Positions 1 to 8,085 of a DNA stretch of 54,570 bases are shown in pieces. The position numbers and the translations under genes were made by a program. Under the pieces are notes generated by a model. That model did not search any database. It was given only the letters and a program-made list of their open reading frames with translations, and was not told the origin of the DNA. This DNA comes from a virus. Lineage: Duplodnaviria; Caudoviricetes. The DNA lies in the IMG/VR virus record IMGVR_UViG_3300036851_000237, positions 1 through 54,570 of that record. One strand, written 5' to 3'. Within the stretch, counting starts at the first letter, position 1. Each line of letters begins with the position of its first letter.

Positions 1-117
1 AGCCGGCGGTAATAATATCGATCATGGCGCAACCCTCATTCTGATGGAATGAACGCGCGCCATATGGCGCCGCGCTTCTGCGATTGCCTGCTGCACCATG
101 TCGGGGAAGTAGTGGCA
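1..117. repeat. Terminal direct repeat (circular assembly overlap), copy 1
   Basis: 1-117 is identical to 54447-54563. Confidence 0.95.
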
Positions 118-450
118 TATAACGACGTTCTGCCCCTTGGTCGCGCGCATGATGCTGCAATTACGATTCATCGGGTCCGGGTCGCGGTGTGATGTGTAGA
201 ACTCGCGAACCGTTTTGTACGCGCACCCGCCGAGAACGTCGGCGCCGATTTCTTCCAGATGCTCGGGGTCGTCGCCGAAATAAACCGCGACCTTGGCAAT
301 GAACCATTCGACTCGGCGTTCGCGCACCGCGTCAATGTCCTCTTGAAACTCGAATGAGTCCGCCGGGTCCATGTCTTCCGGTGTGACTTCAAGCGTGACT
401 CGAAAATTTGGCGTGTCGAATGTCCAGACTGTTTCCCATTCTCGCGACAT
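22..450 (-). CDS. Hypothetical protein, leftward early operon
   Basis: MSREWETVWTFDT...; GGAGATAACC RBS just upstream of ATG at 450. Confidence 0.75.
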   Translation of the reverse strand: MSREWETVWTFDTPNFRVTLEVTPEDMDPADSFEFQEDIDAVRERRVEWFIAKVAVYFGDDPEHLEEIGADVLGGCAYKTVREFYTSHRDPDPMNRNCSIMRATKGQNVVICHYFPDMVQQAIAEARRHMARVHSIRMRVAP

Positions 451-519
451 TTGGTTATCTCCGCTTCTAGGGTTGTGGTGGCCAAGTCTGGCGCCGACAT
501 GCGGCGCCAGCCTAGGCAA

Positions 520-1068
520 TCACACCGCAAGAGCATTTCGCCCGGCATTGGTGATAGCGCCCGACTTGTTCAACAAACCGCGCGCGATTAGCGCGGTCTT
601 GGTTTCGTCATAGACCGCGCGCGACATTCCCGCGCGTTCGGCATATTCGAGCCGATACGATGATTTGTAGGTGTCGATAATTTCCAAGGTGCTGCGCTCT
701 TGCGCGGTCAGCGTGATAGCGGCGCCGGCCGGAAGCATCTTCACGACGTCGGCAGGGTGGATGTAGAACGTCAAGCCCATGTCTTTACCGGAAAACATGG
801 AATGCCGAACGACCGCGATTCCCGGTTCGAGTTTGACCGGCTTATCCGCGCGCTTGTCCCATGGTGCAGCCTGATGATTGACGGGCTCGATTGCCGCGCC
901 GTCAGCAAGGCGCACAATTAGGTAAGTCTCGCGACTACCGCCGGCCCATAAGCCAGCGTCGGCGGGTATCGACCATGATTCAGTGACAACGGCCTTAAAT
1001 TGCTTGCCGCTATAGGTGCCGCGCAAGTGTGACGGGACTTGTTCGGGGTCAAGATAGATCGTTTTCAT
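520..1068 (-). CDS. Hypothetical protein with possible C-terminal winged-helix-like segment
   Basis: MKTIYLDPEQVP...; GGGAGATAATCC RBS; C-terminus LIARGLLNKSGAITNAGR. Confidence 0.75.
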   Translation of the reverse strand: MKTIYLDPEQVPSHLRGTYSGKQFKAVVTESWSIPADAGLWAGGSRETYLIVRLADGAAIEPVNHQAAPWDKRADKPVKLEPGIAVVRHSMFSGKDMGLTFYIHPADVVKMLPAGAAITLTAQERSTLEIIDTYKSSYRLEYAERAGMSRAVYDETKTALIARGLLNKSGAITNAGRNALAV

Positions 1069-1143
1069 AGGCGGATTATCTCCCGTGTGGGTTAGGAACC
1101 TAGCGTTCCACACTGGCAGCGCGCGCGCTGCCAGCCTGCAAAG

Positions 1144-1377
1144 CTAGGCGCGGTGCGCAACGAATCCCGTGGCCTTCAATGCGCGCATAGCCTCGCGGCG
1201 ATTTGGGTAATCCCTTGTCGCGCTTTCGCATGCGGCTTTGACGTTGGCGGGCGCCGACTCGTCATTCTCTCCGGTATATGCCGCGACATGGAGTCCGACC
1301 CATTGCTCTCCGGGATTCGTCATTATCTGGGCGCTAACCGGCCAGCCATGAATCTTGCCATCAATCAATGTGTCCAT
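1144..1377 (-). CDS. Hypothetical protein
   Basis: MDTLIDGKIHGWPV...; tightly packed in the leftward operon. Confidence 0.6.
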   Translation of the reverse strand: MDTLIDGKIHGWPVSAQIMTNPGEQWVGLHVAAYTGENDESAPANVKAACESATRDYPNRREAMRALKATGFVAHRA

Positions 1378-1379
1378 GG

Positions 1380-1586
1380 TCAGGCCCCCACACGATAAAG
1401 GGCGCCGCACGTCACGGCAGGGTGCCGCGACCAAGTGAGCGCAACCGCCCATGTCGTGCCGTGCAATTCCACACGGCGATAGTAGAGCGAGGCAAGGGCG
1501 CCGCCGCTCGAATAGATGCACCCCGAAAACAACTCGATTGCGAGACTCCCGACAAGGGGGATTCGTCGTGTGGCAAGTGAGTCCAT
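1380..1586 (-). CDS. Hypothetical protein
   Basis: MDSLATRRIP...; GGGGAG RBS; abuts both neighbours. Confidence 0.55.
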   Translation of the reverse strand: MDSLATRRIPLVGSLAIELFSGCIYSSGGALASLYYRRVELHGTTWAVALTWSRHPAVTCGALYRVGA

Positions 1587-1587
1587 G

Positions 1588-2091
1588 TCACTCCCCCTTA
1601 TCGGCTTTGGTGAGTGCGGCGCGGGCCAAATCGATAGTCCGCTGCAGGCTGGCATCTGTGCCGTCCCCATGGATCAATTCATGGCAAGCCGCATACAACT
1701 CTTCTGCGGCGCCGCGCTTAAGGGAGAGAATGCGGTCAGCTTCGCGGGCTTCGGCATTGGCACGTAGTTTCGCCTCATAGGCCGCCTTGGCCGCCGCGAA
1801 CAACAGGCAACCTAGCGCCATGTCCCGCGCGCGGCGGATCATGTCGACGTTTCGCGGTTTTGTGCTGTCGAGTTGCCGCGTATTGAAGTCTCCCGGCCCG
1901 CGATGCTTCACGCCATGCGGCGGGTTTTTGTAGAGGACCGTTCCCCGTTCGAACGGAAGCTCGGGCGCATTTTTGCACCAAATATGGTAGCGCGCGCCGT
2001 CCGCTTCCCACCCTAGGGAAATGGTCGCGTTGAATGCGCTGTACTCGCCTAGCTCTACGTTTGTGACGTCGGCAGTTTTGAATTTGGTCAT
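1588..2091 (-). CDS. Hypothetical protein
   Basis: MTKFKTADVTNV...; GGAGATAGCCC RBS. Confidence 0.7.
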   Translation of the reverse strand: MTKFKTADVTNVELGEYSAFNATISLGWEADGARYHIWCKNAPELPFERGTVLYKNPPHGVKHRGPGDFNTRQLDSTKPRNVDMIRRARDMALGCLLFAAAKAAYEAKLRANAEAREADRILSLKRGAAEELYAACHELIHGDGTDASLQRTIDLARAALTKADKGE

Positions 2092-2167
2092 AGGGCTATC
2101 TCCGATCAGATGATTGAGAGAGTCCACGCCAGCGCATAGCCAGCGAGGAATGAGAGGGAAAGGCGAG

Positions 2168-2347
2168 TCATGGCTGAGTCCCCTCGCCCTTGGCCATGGC
2201 GTCATGTATCGCGGTCCGAAGCGCGAAAACAGCCTGCCAGTATTCATCGGCGGGGAACATCTTGCCGCGCGCTATCGCGGTCAGCATCGACTCAGCGGTG
2301 CGAGCCGCTTCCAGAAGAGTCGGGCGGTTTGTGACGGGGTGGGGCAT
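2168..2347 (-). CDS. Small hypothetical protein
   Basis: MPHPVTNRPTLLEAAR...; starts 2 bp after the upstream stop. Confidence 0.55.
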   Translation of the reverse strand: MPHPVTNRPTLLEAARTAESMLTAIARGKMFPADEYWQAVFALRTAIHDAMAKGEGTQP

Positions 2348-2349
2348 GG

Positions 2350-2541
2350 TCAGCGCGCCCCTGGCTTGTACGATTGCAGCATTTCCATGGGGTACATGTT
2401 GCGGATTGTGCGCAACGTGCCCCATTGCTCACGCCAATCATTCAGCCATGCCTCAATCAGGCGGGCCTTCCACTTGCGCCCATGTTCTGCGGCGTAAGCG
2501 TCAAGAGCGGCGCAATGCTCGGGGGAATAGGTGGGCTTCAT
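2350..2541 (-). CDS. Small hypothetical protein, first gene of the leftward early operon
   Basis: MKPTYSPEHCAALDAYAAEHGRKWKARL...; GGAGATAACCC RBS. Confidence 0.7.
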   Translation of the reverse strand: MKPTYSPEHCAALDAYAAEHGRKWKARLIEAWLNDWREQWGTLRTIRNMYPMEMLQSYKPGAR

Positions 2542-2578
2542 GGCGGGTTATCTCCGGTATCGGGTTATCGAGGTAGGT

Positions 2579-2608
2579 AGAATAAGGCCCAATGGTCCTA
2601 CATTGCAA
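2579..2608 (-). promoter_or_regulatory. Putative sigma70 promoter for the leftward operon, with an inverted repeat in the spacer
   Basis: Minus strand TTGCAA-N18-TATTCT; imperfect palindrome AGGCCCAATGGTCCT at 2585-2599. Confidence 0.55.
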
Positions 2609-3023
2609 TGGGGTATTTGAATCAATTTCATCGCTGAGAGTAGGCCGAAACCATCGTTTCCCCAGGGGCGCCCAGGATTGCGCTGCAGCGTCCTTTCCCG
2701 CACCCCATGGCAGGGTAGGGGCATCCCTGGAACGATCCCGTAGCGCCCTACCTGGGGGCACGATTCCCAGAATGACGGGAGGGGCAGTCACCATGCCCAC
2801 CCTGCACCCCAAGCATAGAGGGGTGACTCCTCTCACACGGACTGCAGTCCCCCTACCGGGAGGGTGCGGTGTGGCAGCCAGGACGGCGCAAGAATGTTGC
2901 GCGAAAAAAAAAGAGGGGAATTAACACAAGGGGTATGTGGAATAGACCCGTATCGGGTCGAAAAATCCCCCGGTAGCATGGACTCGAGCGGTCAAAAACC
3001 CTACAGCCTGGCCGGGGCATTCC

Positions 3024-3218
3024 CAAGCCCTTGATATTGCACGGGTTTCCTGGGTGGATACAGGGAACCCCCCGTCCTGGGGGCGGTAGTGCTTTGGCGG
3101 TTAAATCAGGAATGATAGGTATATCAAGGGGTTACGCTCACGTTTTCCCCTCCCCCAGGAAAACAGGGGGCATTTACCCTCATGTATTGCGACTAAAGAG
3201 CGCGCTAAGCCATTGATA
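3024..3218. promoter_or_regulatory. Cluster of three IHF consensus sites
   Basis: CAAGCCCTTGATA 3024-3036, TATCAAGGGGTTA 3122-3134 and TAAGCCATTGATA 3206-3218 all match WATCAANNNNTTR or its complement. Confidence 0.65.
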
Positions 3219-3445
3219 TGACGGGGCAGGCGTTTCCGGGTGCCGTGATTCGGCCGACCCCCAACCTACCGCTATCCATCTCCGAGCTGATGCCCCTTTG
3301 GCGCTTTCCCCTCCCCGTGGGGCGCGGCTGGCGCTCTGTCCGGGTCCCATCCAGGCCGCCGGCTGGCGTGCTGGCGCGGGGCCTCCTGGGGCGGGCTGGC
3401 GTCTCGTCTGGGGCCTCCGGTGCGGTATTGTGATTTGCGTCCATT

Positions 3446-3491
3446 CACAGAGACTGTGCAAAATCCCCGGGCTAGTATCACAGTGGCTGTG
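3446..3491. promoter_or_regulatory. Two palindromic operators CACAG-N3-CTGTG upstream of an HTH gene
   Basis: CACAGAGACTGTG 3446-3458 and CACAGTGGCTGTG 3479-3491. Confidence 0.6.
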
Positions 3492-3495
3492 AATT

Positions 3496-3684
3496 ATGAC
3501 CCCTCAAGAGCTAAATCAGGCGCTCGATATGCTGGGCTGGTCGAAGGGCGATCTGGCCGAGCGGCTCAATGTTCACCGCAACACGGTGTCGAATTGGGGC
3601 CGGCGCGTGCCGGGGTATGTGGCGGCCTATGTCATGCTGGCGCTCAAGGTGCGGCGGCTGGCGGCGGCTCTGTCGGAACTGTAG
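3496..3684 (+). CDS. Small XRE/Cro-like HTH regulator
   Basis: LGWSKGDLAERLNVHRNTVSNW HTH pattern. Confidence 0.8.
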   Translation: MTPQELNQALDMLGWSKGDLAERLNVHRNTVSNWGRRVPGYVAAYVMLALKVRRLAAALSEL

Positions 3685-3694
3685 GAGGGCGGTG

Positions 3695-3937
3695 ATGAGC
3701 TGGAACTATCGGGTGATCCGCGGGGGCGACCCTGGCGGCGTCTACTACGCGATTCACGAAGTCTACTACGACGCGGATGGCGAGCCGAATGGCTGGTGCG
3801 AGGCTGACGCTCTTGCCGATACTCGGGACGATCTGTTCTCTGTCCTGGAGCGGATGAACGAGGCGGCGAAGAAGCCGGTGCTGGAGGTCCGCGAGGGCAA
3901 GCTGGTCGAGGTCGAGCCGGCGATAGGGGGGCTGTGA
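3695..3937 (+). CDS. Phage hypothetical protein
   Basis: MSWNYRVI...YAIHEVYYD motif seen in phage proteins; AGGAGG RBS. Confidence 0.75.
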   Translation: MSWNYRVIRGGDPGGVYYAIHEVYYDADGEPNGWCEADALADTRDDLFSVLERMNEAAKKPVLEVREGKLVEVEPAIGGL

Positions 3938-4281
3938 TGTTCAGCGCCAAGAAACTGATCGCCAACCTGCGCCCGCAGATCGGCGTGGGCAGCTACCAAG
4001 CCGAATGGGCGTATGAGTTGATCGCGAACACGGCCTACGCCCAGGCGCTCCAGGATTTGACGCTGGCAACAGCCGAGGCCGGCGACGAGACGATTGCACG
4101 GCTTCTGCGGCACGCGCTTTCCGATCAGGAGGCGCGGGCACTGGCCGACCAGATCATCATCCTGCGCGCCGCGGTGCGCGGTCATGACGCTCGCGTGAGC
4201 GAGCTGCTGGAGGCGAACAATCGCGAGGTCGAGCGGCGGCGCGCGGCCGAGGCGGCGCTTCGGCAGTTGCGCGGGGACTGA
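3937..4281 (+). CDS. Hypothetical coiled-coil protein
   Basis: TGATG overlap with the upstream stop; ELLEANNREVERRR. Confidence 0.65.
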   Translation: MFSAKKLIANLRPQIGVGSYQAEWAYELIANTAYAQALQDLTLATAEAGDETIARLLRHALSDQEARALADQIIILRAAVRGHDARVSELLEANNREVERRRAAEAALRQLRGD

Positions 4282-4888
4282 TCGCCGGCCCGCAGTTCAT
4301 GGTGCAGTGGCCGTCGTGGCAGTCGCCGCACGGGGTCTGACGGCGCTTCCCGAAATCGATGGGGGTCATCCCCGCAGCCCGTAGCAGATGAGGATCGTCG
4401 TCGCGAGCAAGGCGAAGACGAACCAGCCGATGCGGTCGGCGTCGCCGTCGTGCCGGACGTTGCGATAGGCGATGCCGCGGGCCAGGAGGCCGCACACGGC
4501 GGCGCCGAACAGGGCGGCCAGCCAGATCATTTGTCCTCCATGTCCCGGAGCTGGCGCTCCATCTGGCGCAGGCGCGCGTCAAGATCGGCCTGATGCTGTT
4601 CGGCGGCGCGGCGCTTCTGGCGCTGTTCGTAGTCATGGCGCCAGGAGCCGCCGCCGAGCTTGGCCGCGATCTGCCGCATCCCGTCCGTGGCGATCATCGC
4701 CTTGAGGAAGCCCTTGAAGCTCAGCGGTCAGTCCTCTGGCGGTTGCTCGCCGTGCATCGGGCAGTTCGCGGCGCCCGGGCAATGGCCGGGCATGTCGGGA
4801 TACCCGCACAGGCAGCGCGTTGCCCAGCGGCGGCGGCGGCGTTCGTAAAAGGCATCGCGGCGGGCGTCCCCGTCATCATCGCGCTCGC

Positions 4889-5221
4889 TCATGGCTCAAG
4901 CCGCTCGCTGCGCTTGGGCGCTTTCGTCTCACCCAGAATGTATTCGACGTCGACCACATCGCCATCGGCGAGCTTGTCGAAATTCTGATCGATGAAGTGA
5001 TGGCCGTAGCGCCACGTCCGGTCACTCCAATGATAGGGATTGGCGCTGGCCATGCGCTCGCCGGTCAGGTGCGTGATCATCACGGAATTTCCGTTGACGG
5101 GATAGCCGCACCGCAGATGCAGGTAATAGGCTTGCGTGCGGTCCGCGGCGGACAGCTTGATCGCCAGCACCGGAATCATCGTGTGCTTGTCGCGCAATTC
5201 GAGAATCTTGGTTTCCATCAT
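4889..5221 (-). CDS. Phage hypothetical protein
   Basis: METKILELRDKHTMIPVLAI...; part of the leftward small-gene cluster. Confidence 0.7.
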   Translation of the reverse strand: MMETKILELRDKHTMIPVLAIKLSAADRTQAYYLHLRCGYPVNGNSVMITHLTGERMASANPYHWSDRTWRYGHHFIDQNFDKLADGDVVDVEYILGETKAPKRSERLEP

Positions 5222-5230
5222 GCCCCCCGG

Positions 5231-5434
5231 TCAGTTACGCGGTTCCCATGGCCGCTCGATCTTCATCCGGTCAAACCACACCTGGGCCTCTTGCTCGGTC
5301 TTCACGATCTCCATCGTCAGAATGACGCAACGGTGATCGCCCCATTGCGGGTGGCCTTGCGTCATCACGGCAAGCAGACCGCGGCCCTTCGGATCATCGC
5401 CGATAGTCAGATAGAGATAATCCTTGGCCATCAT
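5231..5434 (-). CDS. Hypothetical protein
   Basis: Packed ORF directly downstream of the tRNA; GGGGG RBS. Confidence 0.6.
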   Translation of the reverse strand: MMAKDYLYLTIGDDPKGRGLLAVMTQGHPQWGDHRCVILTMEIVKTEQEAQVWFDRMKIERPWEPRN

Positions 5435-5447
5435 GCCCCCCGGATAT

Positions 5448-5522
5448 TGGTGCCGGCCGCAGGATTCGAACCCGCGTGAGACTGCTTACAAAGCAGTTGC
5501 CTTGCCTCTCGGCCAGACCGGC
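5448..5522 (-). tRNA. tRNA-Thr (anticodon UGU)
   Basis: Reverse complement folds as a cloverleaf: acceptor GCCGGTC/GGCCGGC, anticodon arm ACTGC-TTTGTAA-GCAGT, T arm GCGGG-TTCGAAT-CCTGC, encoded ACCA end. Confidence 0.9.
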
Positions 5523-5528
5523 GTAAAC

Positions 5529-5780
5529 CTACCTAGCACGGCGCCATTTCCACCACCACTCGGAGCCGCGCCAGCCGTATGAGAGATCGGGCACCAATTC
5601 GTGCGTCACCGGATCGTCGCGCACATCGATTGTATAGCCCTTGGCCTTGATCCACTCCCAGACTTCGCGCGTCGTTTTGAACAGCATCCATTTGAGGATC
5701 GGCGCCGTCTCGATCACGCGGCCCTTGTGCGTGATCAAGCCGGCGCAGAAGTGCGGCGCGGTGATCTGGACGAGCTTCAT
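5529..5780 (-). CDS. Phage hypothetical protein
   Basis: QITAPHFCAGL...APILKWM motif. Confidence 0.7.
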   Translation of the reverse strand: MKLVQITAPHFCAGLITHKGRVIETAPILKWMLFKTTREVWEWIKAKGYTIDVRDDPVTHELVPDLSYGWRGSEWWWKWRRAR

Positions 5781-5971
5781 TTATCCGGCCTTTCCATTTC
5801 GGGGGCCAAGATACGGCGCACCGGATCAATCTCAAACCAACCGGGCCACGTCAGGCAGTGCGCGCAGAGCTTCGGCTCCAGCGGTGCACGCTTGATCGCG
5901 CGGTAGATCGTGCGCTTGCACTCGACGCACACGAAAACCTCACCGTGATCATTTTCCATGGTCGTCCTCAT
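5777..5971 (-). CDS. Small zinc-finger-like hypothetical protein
   Basis: CVEC...CAHC. Confidence 0.55.
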   Translation of the reverse strand: MRTTMENDHGEVFVCVECKRTIYRAIKRAPLEPKLCAHCLTWPGWFEIDPVRRILAPEMERPDK

Positions 5972-6203
5972 CGAGGCTCTTTGCGAGGTTTTCGCGCGAC
6001 CAGCCCGCCCGAATCAGATTCGCCAGCTCATTCATCGCCTGGGGCGCCGGCACGCCCTCATAGAGCGTCAACATCGCCGGGTCTTCCAACATCTGCGCGA
6101 TCATCTCGCCGACAAGAATACCGGATTCGATCTGCGCGTCCCGGATCGCTTCTTCGAGAAACGACCGCGCGTTGGGTGTGAGCCTGGGATCGATATCGTT
6201 CAT
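5949..6203 (-). CDS. Hypothetical protein
   Basis: ATGA overlap packing. Confidence 0.55.
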   Translation of the reverse strand: MNDIDPRLTPNARSFLEEAIRDAQIESGILVGEMIAQMLEDPAMLTLYEGVPAPQAMNELANLIRAGWSRENLAKSLDEDDHGK

Positions 6204-6361
6204 AGCTTCGCCTTCAAGTAGACCGCGATTGCGAACATGACTCCCGTGATCAGGATGGCAACGCCATCGAGGGTGCGGCGGGGGAGGTAGAGGCAGGCAA
6301 AGCCGAACGCCAAGCCTGTCACCACCTGTAGGATTTCAGCGAGCACCGCAGTCGTGCTCAT
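6200..6361 (-). CDS. Small two-TM membrane protein
   Basis: MSTTAVLAEILQVVTGLAFGFACLY...VAILITGVMFAIAVYL. Confidence 0.55.
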   Translation of the reverse strand: MSTTAVLAEILQVVTGLAFGFACLYLPRRTLDGVAILITGVMFAIAVYLKAKL

Positions 6362-6567
6362 GGCGGCGGCTCCGCAATCATCACTTCGGGGAACTCGCCG
6401 TTCTCCAGCCGCAGCATGCCGTTCACGCTTGCGCGCGCGACAATATCCGCAGCCTGATGATAGTTGTAACGCCCGGCCTCGCGCAGCGAGCGCGTATAGC
6501 CCATCGATCCGGGCTTCCACCAAGCGCCGTGTTCGTTCGACCAGATCAGATAGAGGGGATCAGGCAT
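6358..6567 (-). CDS. Phage hypothetical protein
   Basis: YLIWSNEHGAWW...GYT...AGRY motif. Confidence 0.7.
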   Translation of the reverse strand: MPDPLYLIWSNEHGAWWKPGSMGYTRSLREAGRYNYHQAADIVARASVNGMLRLENGEFPEVMIAEPPP

Positions 6568-6898
6568 TGCCGGATTTCTGGTGCTGGGCGAGGCGGGCGC
6601 TGAGTTCTTTTGCGAAGCGCTCCAGCTCGTCGTTGATCTGGTCCATGCGCTTGAGATCGCGCCGGGTGGGCTCCGCGCCCGGCTCCATAATCGTCATCAT
6701 GCTGGCAAACAAATGCTGCGCGCCCGCGAAGAACGCCATCTGCATTTCGCGGAGTTGGTCATCAGGCGCATCCGAGTTGATCGCGAACTTGCGCAGGCTC
6801 AGCCAGCCCGCCTCGATCAGCAAGCCCCTGTCGACCGCCTCGCGCGTCAGATGGTCAAGCCATAGGGCAAGTTTTTTCGGGTCTTTCTTTTCGTTCAT
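6560..6898 (-). CDS. Phage hypothetical protein
   Basis: QLREMQMAFFAGA motif. Confidence 0.7.
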   Translation of the reverse strand: MNEKKDPKKLALWLDHLTREAVDRGLLIEAGWLSLRKFAINSDAPDDQLREMQMAFFAGAQHLFASMMTIMEPGAEPTRRDLKRMDQINDELERFAKELSARLAQHQKSGNA

Positions 6899-7224
6899 TT
6901 ACGCTTCCTCGTCGTCGGGAGTTTGGATTTCGTGCGCCGCGCGGTGAACTCTTCGATGAAGATTTTTAAGCCGGCGGCCATGGTCGCGTCGGGGCAGTTG
7001 AAAACATCATCATCGATCCAGCCGCCCTTGCGCGCCGCCACAACGATGAGCTGACCGAGGCGAAGCTCGGGCGCCAATAGGGATGCTCGGCAAAGTTCGG
7101 GCAGCATATCCGTGAGATCAACAAATCGCGTGACCGGGACATGCGTCACTCGCAGGGCCACGTTCTCGCCGCGGGCATGTGCCGCCGCTTCTTTGAGGCC
7201 CGCGATGATTTTCTTGCCGCTCAT
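6895..7224 (-). CDS. Hypothetical protein
   Basis: KKIIAGLKEAAAHARGE N-terminus; PELRLGQL. Confidence 0.6.
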   Translation of the reverse strand: MSGKKIIAGLKEAAAHARGENVALRVTHVPVTRFVDLTDMLPELCRASLLAPELRLGQLIVVAARKGGWIDDDVFNCPDATMAAGLKIFIEEFTARRTKSKLPTTRKRK

Positions 7225-7628
7225 CGTTGATCTTCCATGAAAGTGTGGCAGCGCGCGCAGTAGCGATTCGTCACGTCATTGGCGTTCCAGCTCTTGACGC
7301 GGCACGGCTGAAACTCGATGGCGCGGCCGTTGTCCGTGATCTTGTAGCTGCGGGGCTGTTCGGGGCTGCACCCGCCGGCCGCCATCTGCATGCGCGCGCG
7401 GAACTCGGCGAAGGTGCCGATGCGCTGATGCACCCAGATGCCGAGCGGCAGGAACACGACGTTGAAGCCCGAGCCGCAATTCTCGCTGGTGCAGTAGAGA
7501 TTTGTCGCCGCCCCACCCCGCGGGCCGACAAACCAAGCCGAGCCGCCGCAGTCAGGACACTCCAGGCGCGCGAGCCGAAGCTGATCGATGTCGGGGATGT
7601 CGCAGAAGACGTTGAGCATACGGGTCAT
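7221..7628 (-). CDS. Zinc-ribbon hypothetical protein
   Basis: CPDC...GPRGG...C-x4-C...FN and C-terminal YCARCH. Confidence 0.6.
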   Translation of the reverse strand: MTRMLNVFCDIPDIDQLRLARLECPDCGGSAWFVGPRGGAATNLYCTSENCGSGFNVVFLPLGIWVHQRIGTFAEFRARMQMAAGGCSPEQPRSYKITDNGRAIEFQPCRVKSWNANDVTNRYCARCHTFMEDQR

Positions 7629-7630
7629 GG

Positions 7631-7879
7631 CTATATCCAGGTTTCGAGGACGCAAGGGTCATCGTCGGGCGTGCGGCCGATGCAGGCGAAGCCATCGCAA
7701 ATCAACATCTCGCGGATCGATGCCAGCGTGCCCGGCGTGCGCTCGCCGACGACGCAGCGAAGCGAGATCGGCGCGAAGCCGCCACGGATGGCGGCCCATT
7801 GCCGCGCGACATAGCGGTTCGGGTGGTCCGATGGGCTGTCATAGATCAGCCAAACGGTCAGCAATACCTTAGCCTGCAT
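7631..7879 (-). CDS. Phage hypothetical protein
   Basis: IYDSPSDHPNRYVAR...DDPCVLETW motif. Confidence 0.65.
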   Translation of the reverse strand: MQAKVLLTVWLIYDSPSDHPNRYVARQWAAIRGGFAPISLRCVVGERTPGTLASIREMLICDGFACIGRTPDDDPCVLETWI

Positions 7880-8085
7880 AGAAAGCAGCCCCCTGCGCCG
7901 AAAAGCTAGCACAGCACCCGGCATGCGAGCTATCCCCTTGAATACGTTTTCCACAGCCGGTTGTTTCACGGGGAACACCCGTCCTACTTCGCCGTTCTGA
8001 TCGGCCCTATTTCTCGGCGGATGCTTCGCGCGCGCCCGATGCCATGCTACGTTTGCGCGCTGAGCAATGTAGGACGGAGTCGGTT

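Noticed and set aside
1-117. Biological direct terminal repeat
   Set aside because: It interrupts coupled genes mid-operon; better explained as the assembler overlap of a circular contig
2501-3492. ORFs called in the G/C-run region
   Set aside because: Low-complexity Pro/Gly/Arg translations without an RBS; treated as non-coding
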